Below, piece after piece: positions 21,457-30,848 of a DNA stretch of 64,000 bases (its first letter is position 1; every line of letters starts with the position of its first letter). The position numbers were made by a program, and so were the translations under genes. The DNA comes from an uncultured delta proteobacterium (GTDB lineage Bacteria > Desulfobacterota > Desulfuromonadia > Geobacterales > Pseudopelobacteraceae). The stretch is from positions 31,891 to 95,890 of the forward strand of contig CAVYYZ010000015.1 in NCBI GenBank assembly GCA_963772835.1, given 5' to 3'. Under the pieces are notes generated by a model. The model was not told the origin of the DNA, ran no database searches, and worked only from the letters and a program-made list of their open reading frames with translations.

Positions 21457-21858
21457 TTAACTCATTTTCCGCAAAGTTTTAATCAATTGCCAATTGGATT
21501 TTCCAGGAAGTCTACATTCCCAAAATATCCAGCCATTAACCATAGTACCAGTGATTGAACCAGCGGCTGATGAAGGTGAATCGAAGGGTTTTCCGTTAAC
21601 AATAAGAAAACCAGACTCAACTTTACCAACAATTGTCTGGTTCTTATAAATAGCCCGAAATTCTGTTCCAGCAGGAAAGGTGACTCCCTTTGATGTCCAA
21701 GACCCTTCAAAAGAGGTGTTTTCATGGCTTGGTGCCGGAGACACCGATTTGCTCAGGCCGAGTAATTCGCGAAGCACATCATTGTACGTTACGCTCTCTG
21801 TTGTGCGGCGAATAGTAAGCTCCTTGAAAACGTCAAAGTCGATGTCAATTGTGGTCAT
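21457..21858 (-). CDS. RHH-like N-terminus plus RAMA/DUF4357-like domain protein
   Basis: MTTIDIDFDVFKEL...TYNDVLRELL (ribbon-helix-helix-like); FDSPSSAAGSITG..VNGWIFW (RAMA-like); RBS AGGAG. Confidence 0.75.
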   Translation of the reverse strand: MTTIDIDFDVFKELTIRRTTESVTYNDVLRELLGLSKSVSPAPSHENTSFEGSWTSKGVTFPAGTEFRAIYKNQTIVGKVESGFLIVNGKPFDSPSSAAGSITGTMVNGWIFWECRLPGKSNWQLIKTLRKMS

Positions 21859-21897
21859 GTCTTTCTCCTTTTAAGATATATAGTGCGTATAGTTCTT

Positions 21898-21926
21898 ACA
21901 GTACTTAAACATCTGAATACTGTCAA
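21898..21926 (-). promoter_or_regulatory. Sigma70 promoter of the RHH-RAMA gene with an overlapping inverted repeat
   Basis: Minus strand TTGACA-17nt-TACTGT; ACAGTA(21898-21903)/TACTGT(21918-21923) inverted repeat overlaps both boxes. Confidence 0.55.
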
Positions 21927-22081
21927 GTTGTTTTTTATGATCAAATTTGAGATGTGCTGATTCTGACTACCTCCCATAATCTTCAAACCATCCGTTCTCT
22001 CATTGCAAAGATTGTCAAATAAACTTATAGTTCCCGACAATTACCAGTCCATCAATACGTCACCCACTTATAAGGAACATC

Positions 22082-23536
22082 ATGTTTGAACAGGCATTCA
22101 AGAATATAGATGACGTTCTCTGGAAAGAGGCCGGTTGCGGCAGTGAGTTGGATTATGCAGAGCAGACTTCATGGCTTTTGTTCCTGAAATACCTTGACGG
22201 TCTGGAGCAGGACAAGTCAATGGAGGCAGAGCTTGAGGGTAAGGCGTACACCTTCATTCTCGATGAACCGTACCGCTGGGAGAGCTGGGCAGCACCCAAG
22301 ACTTCAGACGGTAAGCTCAACCACAACAAGGCACTGACCGGCGATGATCTGCGGGACTTTGTAGACCGCAAGCTGTTCCCCTACCTACACGGCTTCAAAC
22401 AGAAAGCCGGTGGCCCCAACACTATTGAATACAAAATTGGTGAGATTTTCGGGGAGATCAAGAACAAGATACACAGCGGTTACAACCTGCGTGAGATCAT
22501 CGACCACATAGATGAGCTACGTTTCCGCTCCCAAACCGAGAAACACGAACTCTCCCACCTCTATGAAGCCAAGATCAAGAACATGGGTAACGCTGGCCGA
22601 AATGGCGGCGAGTATTATACCCCCCGTCCGTTGATCCGTGCCATTGTTCAGGTGGTGAAGCCAGAGATCGGCAAACGTATCTATGACGGTGCTGTTGGTT
22701 CGGCAGGCTTCTTGTGTGAGGCGTTCGACTACCTGAAGGCACAACCCAACCTGACCACCGACGACATGAAGATTCTGATGGAGCGTACATTCTACGGCAA
22801 GGAGAAGAAGTCTCTGGCTTATGTCATCGCCATTATGAATATGATTCTCCACGGCATTGAGGCACCCAACATCGTCCACACCAACACCCTTGCCGAGAAC
22901 CTTGCAGACGTTCAGGAGAAAGACCGCTTCGACATCATCCTTGCGAATCCTCCCTTCGGCGGTAAGGAGCGTAAGGAGGTACAGCAGAACTTCCCCATCC
23001 GTACCGGCGAAACTGCTTTCCTCTTCCTCCAGCACTTTATCAAGATGCTCCGTGCCGGTGGTCGTGCTGGCGTGGTTATCAAGAACACTTTTCTCTCCAA
23101 CACTGACAACGCCTCAGTGAGTTTGCGGAAGCTGCTACTTGAAAGCTGTAACCTGCATACCGTACTTGATTGTCCTGGGGGTACGTTCCAAGGTGCGGGA
23201 GTCAAGACGGTGGTGCTGTTCTTTGAGAAAGGTGCACCCACCCGTACAGTATGGTACTACTCGCTTGACGTTGGTCGTAACATGGGCAAGACCAACCCGC
23301 TTAACGATGCTGACCTGATTGATTTCATAGAATTACAAAAGACCTTTGCTGATTCACCAAGAAGCTGGAGCGTTGATGTTACCGGCATTGACACAACCAC
23401 CTATGACTTGTCAGTGAAGAATCCTGACGGTGGAGAGGTAATCATCCACCGTACCCCACATGAGATAATGGACGAGATTGCTGCTCTGGATGCTGAGAGT
23501 GCGGAAGTGCTGGCAAACATCAGGGTGCTGCTATGA
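22082..23536 (+). CDS. hsdM: Type I R-M methyltransferase subunit (m6A)
   Basis: GEYYTPR, YDGAVGSAGFL (motif I), ILANPPFGG (motif IV). Confidence 0.95.
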   Translation: MFEQAFKNIDDVLWKEAGCGSELDYAEQTSWLLFLKYLDGLEQDKSMEAELEGKAYTFILDEPYRWESWAAPKTSDGKLNHNKALTGDDLRDFVDRKLFPYLHGFKQKAGGPNTIEYKIGEIFGEIKNKIHSGYNLREIIDHIDELRFRSQTEKHELSHLYEAKIKNMGNAGRNGGEYYTPRPLIRAIVQVVKPEIGKRIYDGAVGSAGFLCEAFDYLKAQPNLTTDDMKILMERTFYGKEKKSLAYVIAIMNMILHGIEAPNIVHTNTLAENLADVQEKDRFDIILANPPFGGKERKEVQQNFPIRTGETAFLFLQHFIKMLRAGGRAGVVIKNTFLSNTDNASVSLRKLLLESCNLHTVLDCPGGTFQGAGVKTVVLFFEKGAPTRTVWYYSLDVGRNMGKTNPLNDADLIDFIELQKTFADSPRSWSVDVTGIDTTTYDLSVKNPDGGEVIIHRTPHEIMDEIAALDAESAEVLANIRVLL

Positions 23537-24669
23537 TGTCAGAGTGGGTAGAGAAGTCAGTCGGGGAGATTCTCCTGCTTGAGTATGGAAAGCCTCTTGA
23601 TGACGCAGATAGAAAGCCTGACGGCTTGTATCCAGTCTATGGCGCAAATGGAGAGAAAACCCGTACCGACAAGTATTATTCTGACAAGCCCAGTATCATT
23701 GTCGGTCGTAAAGGTTCAGCGGGTGAAATCAATCTGACAGAAGATAAGTTCTGGCCACTTGACGTAACATACTTTGTTACATTCGATGAACAGAAAAATA
23801 ATCTCCAGTTTCTTTATTATCTGCTCGCTACGCTTGAGTTGCCAAATTTAGCGAAGGGTGTAAAGCCAGGCATCAATCGCAACGAAGTCTATTCTCAAAA
23901 GGTAGCGATTCCACCCCTTCCCGAACAGCATCGCATCGCCAGAATCCTAGATGAAGCTTTTGAAGGTGTTGCCACTGCCAAGACCAACGCCGAAAAGAAC
24001 CTACTGAATGCTCGTGCGCTGTTTGAAAGCTACCTGAATGAAGTCTTTACTCAGAATGATGATGGATGGACAGAAAAATGTTTAGGGGATGTGTGTCGGT
24101 TTGAGAATGGTGATCGAGGAAAAAATTACCCCAACCGTGAGGAATATGTAGAATCAGGGATTCCGTGGATAAACACTGGGCACATAGAGCCTGATGGAAC
24201 ATTGTCCCTGAGCGAAATGAATTATATCACCGAGGTGAAATACAAATCACTTAGAAGCGGGAAGATTCAACCTGGAGATTTAGTATATTGCCTTCGAGGA
24301 GCAACGCTTGGCAAGACCGCTTTGGTCGATCCTTTTACGGTAGGAGCTGTGGCATCCTCTCTGGTTATAATTCGGCCAAGCAACTTGCTAGATAGCCGTT
24401 TCCTTTATTACTATCTAACAAGTCCATACGGTCAAGGACTCATCAAACTCTATGATAACGGTGCTGCTCAACCAAACTTGGGTGCTAAAAGTGTTGCGAA
24501 ATATGTTATTTCACTTCCATCAATTGCCGAGCAGAAGATCATCGTCAAAAAACTTGCTGCCATAGCCAGCGAAACACAACGTCTTAAATCCATCTACCAG
24601 CAGAAACTTGTCGCACTTGATGCTCTGAAGAAGTCGCTGCTGGATCAAGCCTTCACGGGGGAGTTATGA
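23533..24669 (+). CDS. hsdS: Type I R-M specificity subunit
   Basis: Two TRDs with conserved IPPLPEQHRIA and LPSIAEQKII regions, ending LLDQAFTGEL; ATGA overlap with hsdM. Confidence 0.93.
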   Translation: MMSEWVEKSVGEILLLEYGKPLDDADRKPDGLYPVYGANGEKTRTDKYYSDKPSIIVGRKGSAGEINLTEDKFWPLDVTYFVTFDEQKNNLQFLYYLLATLELPNLAKGVKPGINRNEVYSQKVAIPPLPEQHRIARILDEAFEGVATAKTNAEKNLLNARALFESYLNEVFTQNDDGWTEKCLGDVCRFENGDRGKNYPNREEYVESGIPWINTGHIEPDGTLSLSEMNYITEVKYKSLRSGKIQPGDLVYCLRGATLGKTALVDPFTVGAVASSLVIIRPSNLLDSRFLYYYLTSPYGQGLIKLYDNGAAQPNLGAKSVAKYVISLPSIAEQKIIVKKLAAIASETQRLKSIYQQKLVALDALKKSLLDQAFTGEL

Positions 24670-26081
24670 TAACCCTTGCCACCCTCCAACAATGGCTGGC
24701 TGCACCAGCCGAAACCGAACATCTGGAATTCAAAGAGGCCAAGCAGCAATTCGACACTACCAAGCTGATGCGCTACTGTGTGGCTTTGGCTAATGAACGG
24801 GGCGGGCATCTTGTGCTTGGCGTTTCGGACAAGCTGCCTCGACAGGTTGTCGGCTCTCAGGCATTCTCCGCAACCACCGAGCTTAACGATATCAAGGCCC
24901 GTATTGTCGAAAAACTGCATATCCGAGTTGATGCGGTAGAACTCATGCACCCCTTGGGGCGGGTGCTTGTGTTCGATATTCCTTCCCGTCCGGTAGGGCA
25001 TCCGATGGATTTCGACGGTGCATACCTGATGCGGGCTGGTGAAGACCTTGTTGCCATGACTCCTGACCAGTTGCGCCGTATATTTGCCGAAGGTGAGCAG
25101 GACTGGTGTCTTAAGCCAGCCATGACCGGTTGTGATGGCGACAAGGTAGTGCAACTTCTTGACACCCAGAGTTATTTTGATCTCTTGAATCTACCGTATC
25201 CAGCAACCCGTGAAGCGGTGCTTGAGCGTTTTTCAGGTGAACGCCTCATCGAACGGACAGGTGAAAGCTGGAACATTACCAATCTTGGTGCGCTACTGTT
25301 TGCCAAAAAGCTGGATCAGTTTGACAAACTGACCCGCAAGGCTCCTCGTGTTATCGTTTATGAAGGCACCAATAAGCTGAAGACAAAGACGGATAAGCCA
25401 GGTAACAAGGGATACGCCGTAGGGTTTCAGGGACTGGTGGAGTACATCAACGGACTGGTCCCGTCAAATGAGATAATAGAGCAGGCGTTGCGGCGTGAAG
25501 TGAAGATGTTTCCAGAAATTGCTGTTCGTGAACTGGTCGCTAATGCCCTTATTCATCAGGATTTATCGGAATCTGGCGCATCTGTGATGGTCGAACTTTA
25601 CGATGATCGAATGGAGATTTCCAATCCTGGTAAACCCTTCATCCCGCCTGATCGCTTCATTGACGAATATCGTTCACGCAACGAGCGGTTGGCTGATCTT
25701 ATGCGACGACTTGGCGTTTGCGAAGAAAAGGGGAGTGGCGTTGACAAGGTAATTCAGGCAGCAGAAGTTTATCAACTACCTGCCCCTGATTTCCGTGTGG
25801 GAGAGGTACGTACATCAGCCGTGCTGTTTGCCCATAAGGATTTTGAGTTGATGGACAAAGCGGATCGTACCAGAGCATCCTATCAGCATTGCTGCTTGCG
25901 CTATGTGATGAACGAAAAAATGACGAACCAGAGTCTGCGGGAGCGATTCAAATTGTCTGAGAAAAAATCAGAGTCGGTATCACGGGCTATTCGTGATTCC
26001 ATTGAGGCAGGCAAGATCAAAGTATCCGACCCTGATGCTACTTCATTACGATACCGGAGTTATATTCCTTTTTGGGCTTGA
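24666..26081 (+). CDS. Schlafen/AlbA_2 + HATPase_c_4 + wHTH protein embedded in the R-M operon
   Basis: ETEHLEFKEA, VALANERGGHLVLGVSD (AlbA_2); RELVANALIHQD, EISNPG, RNERLADLMRRLGVCEEKGSG (HATPase_c_4). Confidence 0.85.
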   Translation: MITLATLQQWLAAPAETEHLEFKEAKQQFDTTKLMRYCVALANERGGHLVLGVSDKLPRQVVGSQAFSATTELNDIKARIVEKLHIRVDAVELMHPLGRVLVFDIPSRPVGHPMDFDGAYLMRAGEDLVAMTPDQLRRIFAEGEQDWCLKPAMTGCDGDKVVQLLDTQSYFDLLNLPYPATREAVLERFSGERLIERTGESWNITNLGALLFAKKLDQFDKLTRKAPRVIVYEGTNKLKTKTDKPGNKGYAVGFQGLVEYINGLVPSNEIIEQALRREVKMFPEIAVRELVANALIHQDLSESGASVMVELYDDRMEISNPGKPFIPPDRFIDEYRSRNERLADLMRRLGVCEEKGSGVDKVIQAAEVYQLPAPDFRVGEVRTSAVLFAHKDFELMDKADRTRASYQHCCLRYVMNEKMTNQSLRERFKLSEKKSESVSRAIRDSIEAGKIKVSDPDATSLRYRSYIPFWA

Positions 26082-26087
26082 CTCCTG

Positions 26088-26289
26088 TTTTGACGCAAAC
26101 CATAGGAACAAGAATGTAAAAACATAACTATTTGTATTGGTTATTTATTCTTATTTAGACGCAAATCGCCAGATTCTTATCCGCAAATGCCAAATATATC
26201 AAAAGTGCTTTAACGCAAAACTGTTGTAATTGATTTATGAATTAAGAAACTAAGTAAAATCATGCTGATAAGTGTTTTAACGCAAATCG
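26088..26289 (+). repeat. Five CGCAAA-core direct repeats in the spacer upstream of hsdR
   Basis: ACGCAAA at 26093, 26159, 26213, 26280, CCGCAAAT at 26181; AAGTGCTTTAACGCAAA vs AAGTGTTTTAACGCAAA match 16/17. Confidence 0.7.
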
Positions 26290-26299
26290 TGGGGCACCC

Positions 26300-28703
26300 A
26301 TGAACGAAGCCGAAACCAGAGCCGAACATATTGACCCCGCCCTGAAAGCCGCTGGCTGGGGTGTGGTTGAAGGTAGCCGCATACGGCGGGAGTATCCCAT
26401 TACTCTTGGTCGTATTGAAGGTCACGGCAAGCGTGGTAAGGCTCTGACGGCTGACTATGTATTGGAATATCGCAACACCAAGCTGGCGGTAGTGGAAGCG
26501 AAGGCATGGGACAAACCGCTGACGGAGGGTGTCGGGCAGGCCAAGGACTATGCCGGTAAGCTGGAAATCCGTTTCACCTACTCCACCAACGGGCAGGGTA
26601 TCTATGGCATTGACATGGAAACCGGCGCAGAGTGTGAGCAGCCGCAGTACCCGACACCGGTTGAACTCTGGAACCTCACCTTTGCCACCCAGAACGCATG
26701 GCGTGACCGCTTCGCCGCTGTACCGTTTGAAGATCGGGGCGGTTACTTCCAAGGCCGCTACTATCAGGACATTGCTATTGAACGTGTGTTGGAGGCTATT
26801 ACCGACCATCAGCAGCGTATCCTTCTGACACTGGCAACCGGAACCGGCAAGACCTTCATCGCCTTCCAGATTGCATGGAAACTGTTTCATAGCCGCTGGA
26901 ACCTGACCGACTGGAAGAAGGAGAGCGAACCGACCCGCCGCCCACGCATCCTGTTTCTGGCTGACCGTAACATTCTGGCAGATCAGGCGTACAATGCTTT
27001 CTCCGCCTTCCCCGAAGATGCACTGGTACGCATTGCACCGGATGAGATCAAGAAGAAGGGCAAGGTACCGAAGAACGGTAGCCTATTCTTCACCATCTTC
27101 CAGACCTTCATGAGCGGAGCCGGTGACACTCCCTATTTCGGCGAGTACCCCCCTGACTTCTTCGACTGCATCATTATTGATGAGTGTCACCGTGGCGGTG
27201 CTAACGATGAAAGTAACTGGCGCAGTATCATGGATTACTTCGCCCCCGCCGTTCAACTCGGCCTGACTGCCACCCCCAAACGCAAAGACAACGTGGACAC
27301 CTACGCATATTTCGGGGAGCCGGTCTATATCTACTCCCTGAAGGATGGTATCAATGACGGCTATCTCACGCCGTTCCGAGTGAAGCAGATTTCCACCACA
27401 CTGGATGATTATGTCTACACCTCAGATGATCGGGTCATGGAGGGTGAAGTAGAATTCGGCAAGCGGTACGAGGAACCGGACTTCAACAAGATCATTGAGA
27501 TCAAGGAGCGTGAGAAGAAGCGGGTTGAACTCTTCATGTCCATGATCTACCAGCGGGAAAAGACCTTGGTGTTCTGTGCCACACAGGATCATGCACTTGC
27601 TGTACGTGACCTTATCAACCAGATCAAGACCAGCACCGAGCCAAACTACTGCCAGCGGGTCACAGCCAACGACGGCGCATTAGGTGAACAGCACCTACGG
27701 GACTTTCAGGATAATGAGAAGAGTATCCCCACCATCCTGACAACCTCGCAGAAACTATCCACCGGTGTTGATGCCCGTAATATCCGTAACATCGTACTGA
27801 TGCGTCCGGTCAACTCCATGATCGAGTTCAAACAGATCATCGGGCGTGGTACTCGCCTCTATGACGGCAAGGACTACTTCACCATTTACGACTTTGTGAA
27901 GGCACACCACCATTTCAGTGATCCTGAGTGGGACGGTGAACCGATAGAACCGGAAGCCTGCACCAAGTGCGGCTGCTATCCGTGCGAGTGCGTGAAGCCT
28001 GAACCACAGCCATGTAAGGTATGTGATGAACTGCCGTGCGTCTGCGACAAGACCCCACCGGAACCGTGCTGAAAAATGCGGTCAGCGTCCCTGCATCTGC
28101 AAGAAGAAGGCGAAGGTCAAGCTGGCTGATGGCAAAGAGCGGAACATCCAGCACATGACCGTAACAAGTTTCTGGCACCCTGACGGTACGCCGATGTCGG
28201 CGCAGCAGTTCATGGAGATGCTGTTCGGCAAACTGCCTGAATTTTTCAAGAATGAGGAAGAACTACGTGCGCTATGGAGCCGACCTGATACCCGCAAGAA
28301 ACTGCTGGAAGGGCTTTCTGAAAAAGGATTCGGCCATGACCAACTGGCAGAGATGCAGAAGATCATAGACGCAGAGCGAAGTGATCTGTTCGATGTACTG
28401 GCGCATGTTGCCTATGCCATGCCACCGCTTACCAGTGAAGAACGGGCGGGGAAAGCACGGACGCTTATCACTCAGCACTTCAATAACAAACTACAGCTCT
28501 TTCTGGACTTCGTGCTTGCTCATTATGTGACTATCGGCGTGGAGGAACTGGATCAGGCAAAGCTGACACCACTCTTGAAACTGAAGTATCACAACTCCAT
28601 CGCCGACGCTGTAGCTGATCTGGGTAGACCGGAAGAGATCGGGCAGGTGTTCGCAGGATTTCAGCAGTATTTGTACCCGCCGCAGAGTTTGGGTAATAGG
28701 TGA
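26300..28703 (+). pseudogene. hsdR: Type I R-M restriction subunit (EcoAI/EcoEI-like), split by a 1-nt insertion at ~28070
   Basis: ADYVL..VVEAK nuclease, ATGTGKT, DECH, QIIGRGTR; ...GAA CCG TGC TGA AAA... restores EPC-EKCGQRPCIC and joins ORF 28023..28703 if one base is removed. Confidence 0.88.
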
Positions 28704-28794
28704 ATAAACGACCGGCTTTTAGTGGGGATGCTTTTATTCTAATGCCGAAGGGAAAAGTCCTGGGGGCGATAGCAGGGAAAATAAAATCCTTGTG

Positions 28795-30351
28795 CTAAGT
28801 ACAATCTCTGAACCATTGAAAAATCCACTTGGCAGGCGATTTGTCTGTGGCGGCTTGAATAGTGGGGGCTAAACTCAATGACTTCAATATTGCGAAAAAT
28901 TCAGATCGGTATGTAATCGGTCGAATGAAAAAATTACCTTGTTCAATGTCAGTTGCATCAAAAATAAGCTCTAATACAGGCTTGTCTTGATGCAATCCGA
29001 CAGCTCTCCACAAAAATCTTGGTAGCTTAGTAGTCAATACTTCTTCCCTAAATCCGTCTCTAATCTCTGTTGAGGATAGAATCTCCTGCTTTAATTGATT
29101 TACATTTGACAGGTAGATGTCCCATTCAATTCGGTCTGTTATAGGTAAGTACCCTTGCTGGCGAAATGTCTCGAAAAACAGATCAAATGCGATCACAATT
29201 TTTTCTATAATTTCAAAGGGGATGCGGATTTTATGGTACAACGGCACCAGCACAGCCTTTGGTACAGCCCTAACAGAGCCAATTATCCCATCTTGCCCTT
29301 TCCATGATGATGAAATTGAAAAAATGTTTGTTGCATTTGCGACCACTGGAATACCATCAATTGCCATCCGTGCAAAAGGACCAACCTGATCATCATGTAC
29401 ATATAACTTCTCAATTCTTGATGACCTTGAGAGGAAACCGGTCCCGTGCAATGGTGGCGGGATAGTGCCCTTCATGCAATATCCTGTAACTGCAACTGCA
29501 TGCCCACCTTCGCCTACTGTCGTATGCGGAGTGGTTGAAGTATCAACCAGAAGAATTGCCATGGCGACAGGTACACCGGCTCTCAGATATGCATAAATGG
29601 TACTGTTTAGTATGTACTCATTGGGGGTCTTAACCGGAAAGGGCTCTAAGCCGACATTTCGTATGGCGTGTGCCATTTGCTCCAGGGTAAGGCCGTTATT
29701 GGGAAGATTTCTTCTTTCGGCGGGGAGGTTGTAAGTTGCTGACTTAGTGATTTCAATGGGTGTTGGAAAGGAATGATGAAACATCAATCCTGTCCTATGG
29801 AATATAGACCATAGGGCACTTGTTGCGCAAGCTGCGGCAACTTGGTCTTGTTCTTGATATGCAAGCGAATCTACGGAAAGATCAAATCCGAACAAATTAA
29901 CATCGTATTTCCGTGTCGTAGGAAAACTCCTACCCGTCCCATCAGGATAGGTTTTTAGGCACGTTCTTCCGATGATTGTTTTGGGTAAGGGCTTAACAAC
30001 GATGAAGCCCAGATAGCTTTGTTTGAAGTCATCAACCACAAATCGAGGGGTGCCAGCTAACCCCGATTTAAACTCCTCTTGAGTGAAGGAAAGGCTGAAA
30101 AAATGAATGCGTGTACATTTTCTCTGGTAGTCGTTAAAACATTTGACATAGTAATTTGAAAAATCTTCCAAATAATCACGGTCAACGTAGTCAACTTCCA
30201 CCACAATAGTTGCTGCGCCTATTTCTGAGAAGTAGTCCCTGAAATAGACGCTATGCAATTTATTTGAAATGTCATCATGTGTTGCAAGTGAGAATTCTGA
30301 AAGCAGATCAAGGAGAGAAGCAATGCTATAAGGAATTACCCTGTATGACAT
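28795..30351 (-). CDS. 518-aa hypothetical protein with papain/C39-like Cys-His-Asp motifs
   Basis: YQEQDQVAAAC175ATSALW, GGH284AVAVTGY, LYVHD320DQVGPF; long intact AT-rich ORF. Confidence 0.7.
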   Translation of the reverse strand: MSYRVIPYSIASLLDLLSEFSLATHDDISNKLHSVYFRDYFSEIGAATIVVEVDYVDRDYLEDFSNYYVKCFNDYQRKCTRIHFFSLSFTQEEFKSGLAGTPRFVVDDFKQSYLGFIVVKPLPKTIIGRTCLKTYPDGTGRSFPTTRKYDVNLFGFDLSVDSLAYQEQDQVAAACATSALWSIFHRTGLMFHHSFPTPIEITKSATYNLPAERRNLPNNGLTLEQMAHAIRNVGLEPFPVKTPNEYILNSTIYAYLRAGVPVAMAILLVDTSTTPHTTVGEGGHAVAVTGYCMKGTIPPPLHGTGFLSRSSRIEKLYVHDDQVGPFARMAIDGIPVVANATNIFSISSSWKGQDGIIGSVRAVPKAVLVPLYHKIRIPFEIIEKIVIAFDLFFETFRQQGYLPITDRIEWDIYLSNVNQLKQEILSSTEIRDGFREEVLTTKLPRFLWRAVGLHQDKPVLELIFDATDIEQGNFFIRPITYRSEFFAILKSLSLAPTIQAATDKSPAKWIFQWFRDCT

Positions 30352-30358
30352 GAGGGCT

Positions 30359-30556
30359 CTATATGCTTAAAGGCATACGAAGCGTTTGAGAATCCACGAA
30401 TCTTTCATTCGATAATTGTGTTACGGTTTCGTTTATCTTCTTTAGAGTTTCTTCAAGAATCCGCTGACCTGCAGTTGAAGAAACCCATTTTTCAGCGTCT
30501 TGTGCAATTTGTTCAGGACTCATCTTTTCCTCGTACAGAGCTTTTTTGTTTCCCAT
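30359..30556 (-). CDS. 65-aa hypothetical protein co-transcribed with the peptidase-like gene
   Basis: Strong RBS AAGGAG; ends 7 nt before the next ATG; upstream promoter. Confidence 0.7.
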   Translation of the reverse strand: MGNKKALYEEKMSPEQIAQDAEKWVSSTAGQRILEETLKKINETVTQLSNERFVDSQTLRMPLSI

Positions 30557-30660
30557 GTTTTGTCTCCTTTGTTATAAAAAAGGATGTGTCAGGGCTGACA
30601 AATCTACTGTTTTGGAATGGAGCGAATTGTATACAGTATGCGAAAATTAAAATAAACGGG

Positions 30661-30690
30661 ATTCTAGCTTAACTTTTGCATTGCTGTCAA
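30661..30690 (-). promoter_or_regulatory. Sigma70 promoter for the 65-aa/518-aa module
   Basis: Minus strand TTGACA-18nt-TAGAAT. Confidence 0.6.
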
Positions 30691-30848
30691 TAGGATAGTT
30701 CACTTGCCGATCTTCTTCCCAAGTCAATACCATCGGATTCAAGGATGGAAAAAATGGTTATCGGATCACTCTTTCAGTATAATCTTGCAATCAGTTGAAT
30801 TCAATACCTCAAATAGACAGCTATTTGCTGCCTGTTTCAGACTGTTCG

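Noticed and set aside
26088..26289. Possible mini-CRISPR array
   Set aside because: Repeat core only 7-17 nt, degenerate, uneven spacing, no cas genes
28064..28078. Programmed +1 frameshift in hsdR (prfB-like)
   Set aside because: TGC-TGA offers no re-pairing for tRNA-Cys in the +1 frame and no upstream SD-like stimulator is evident
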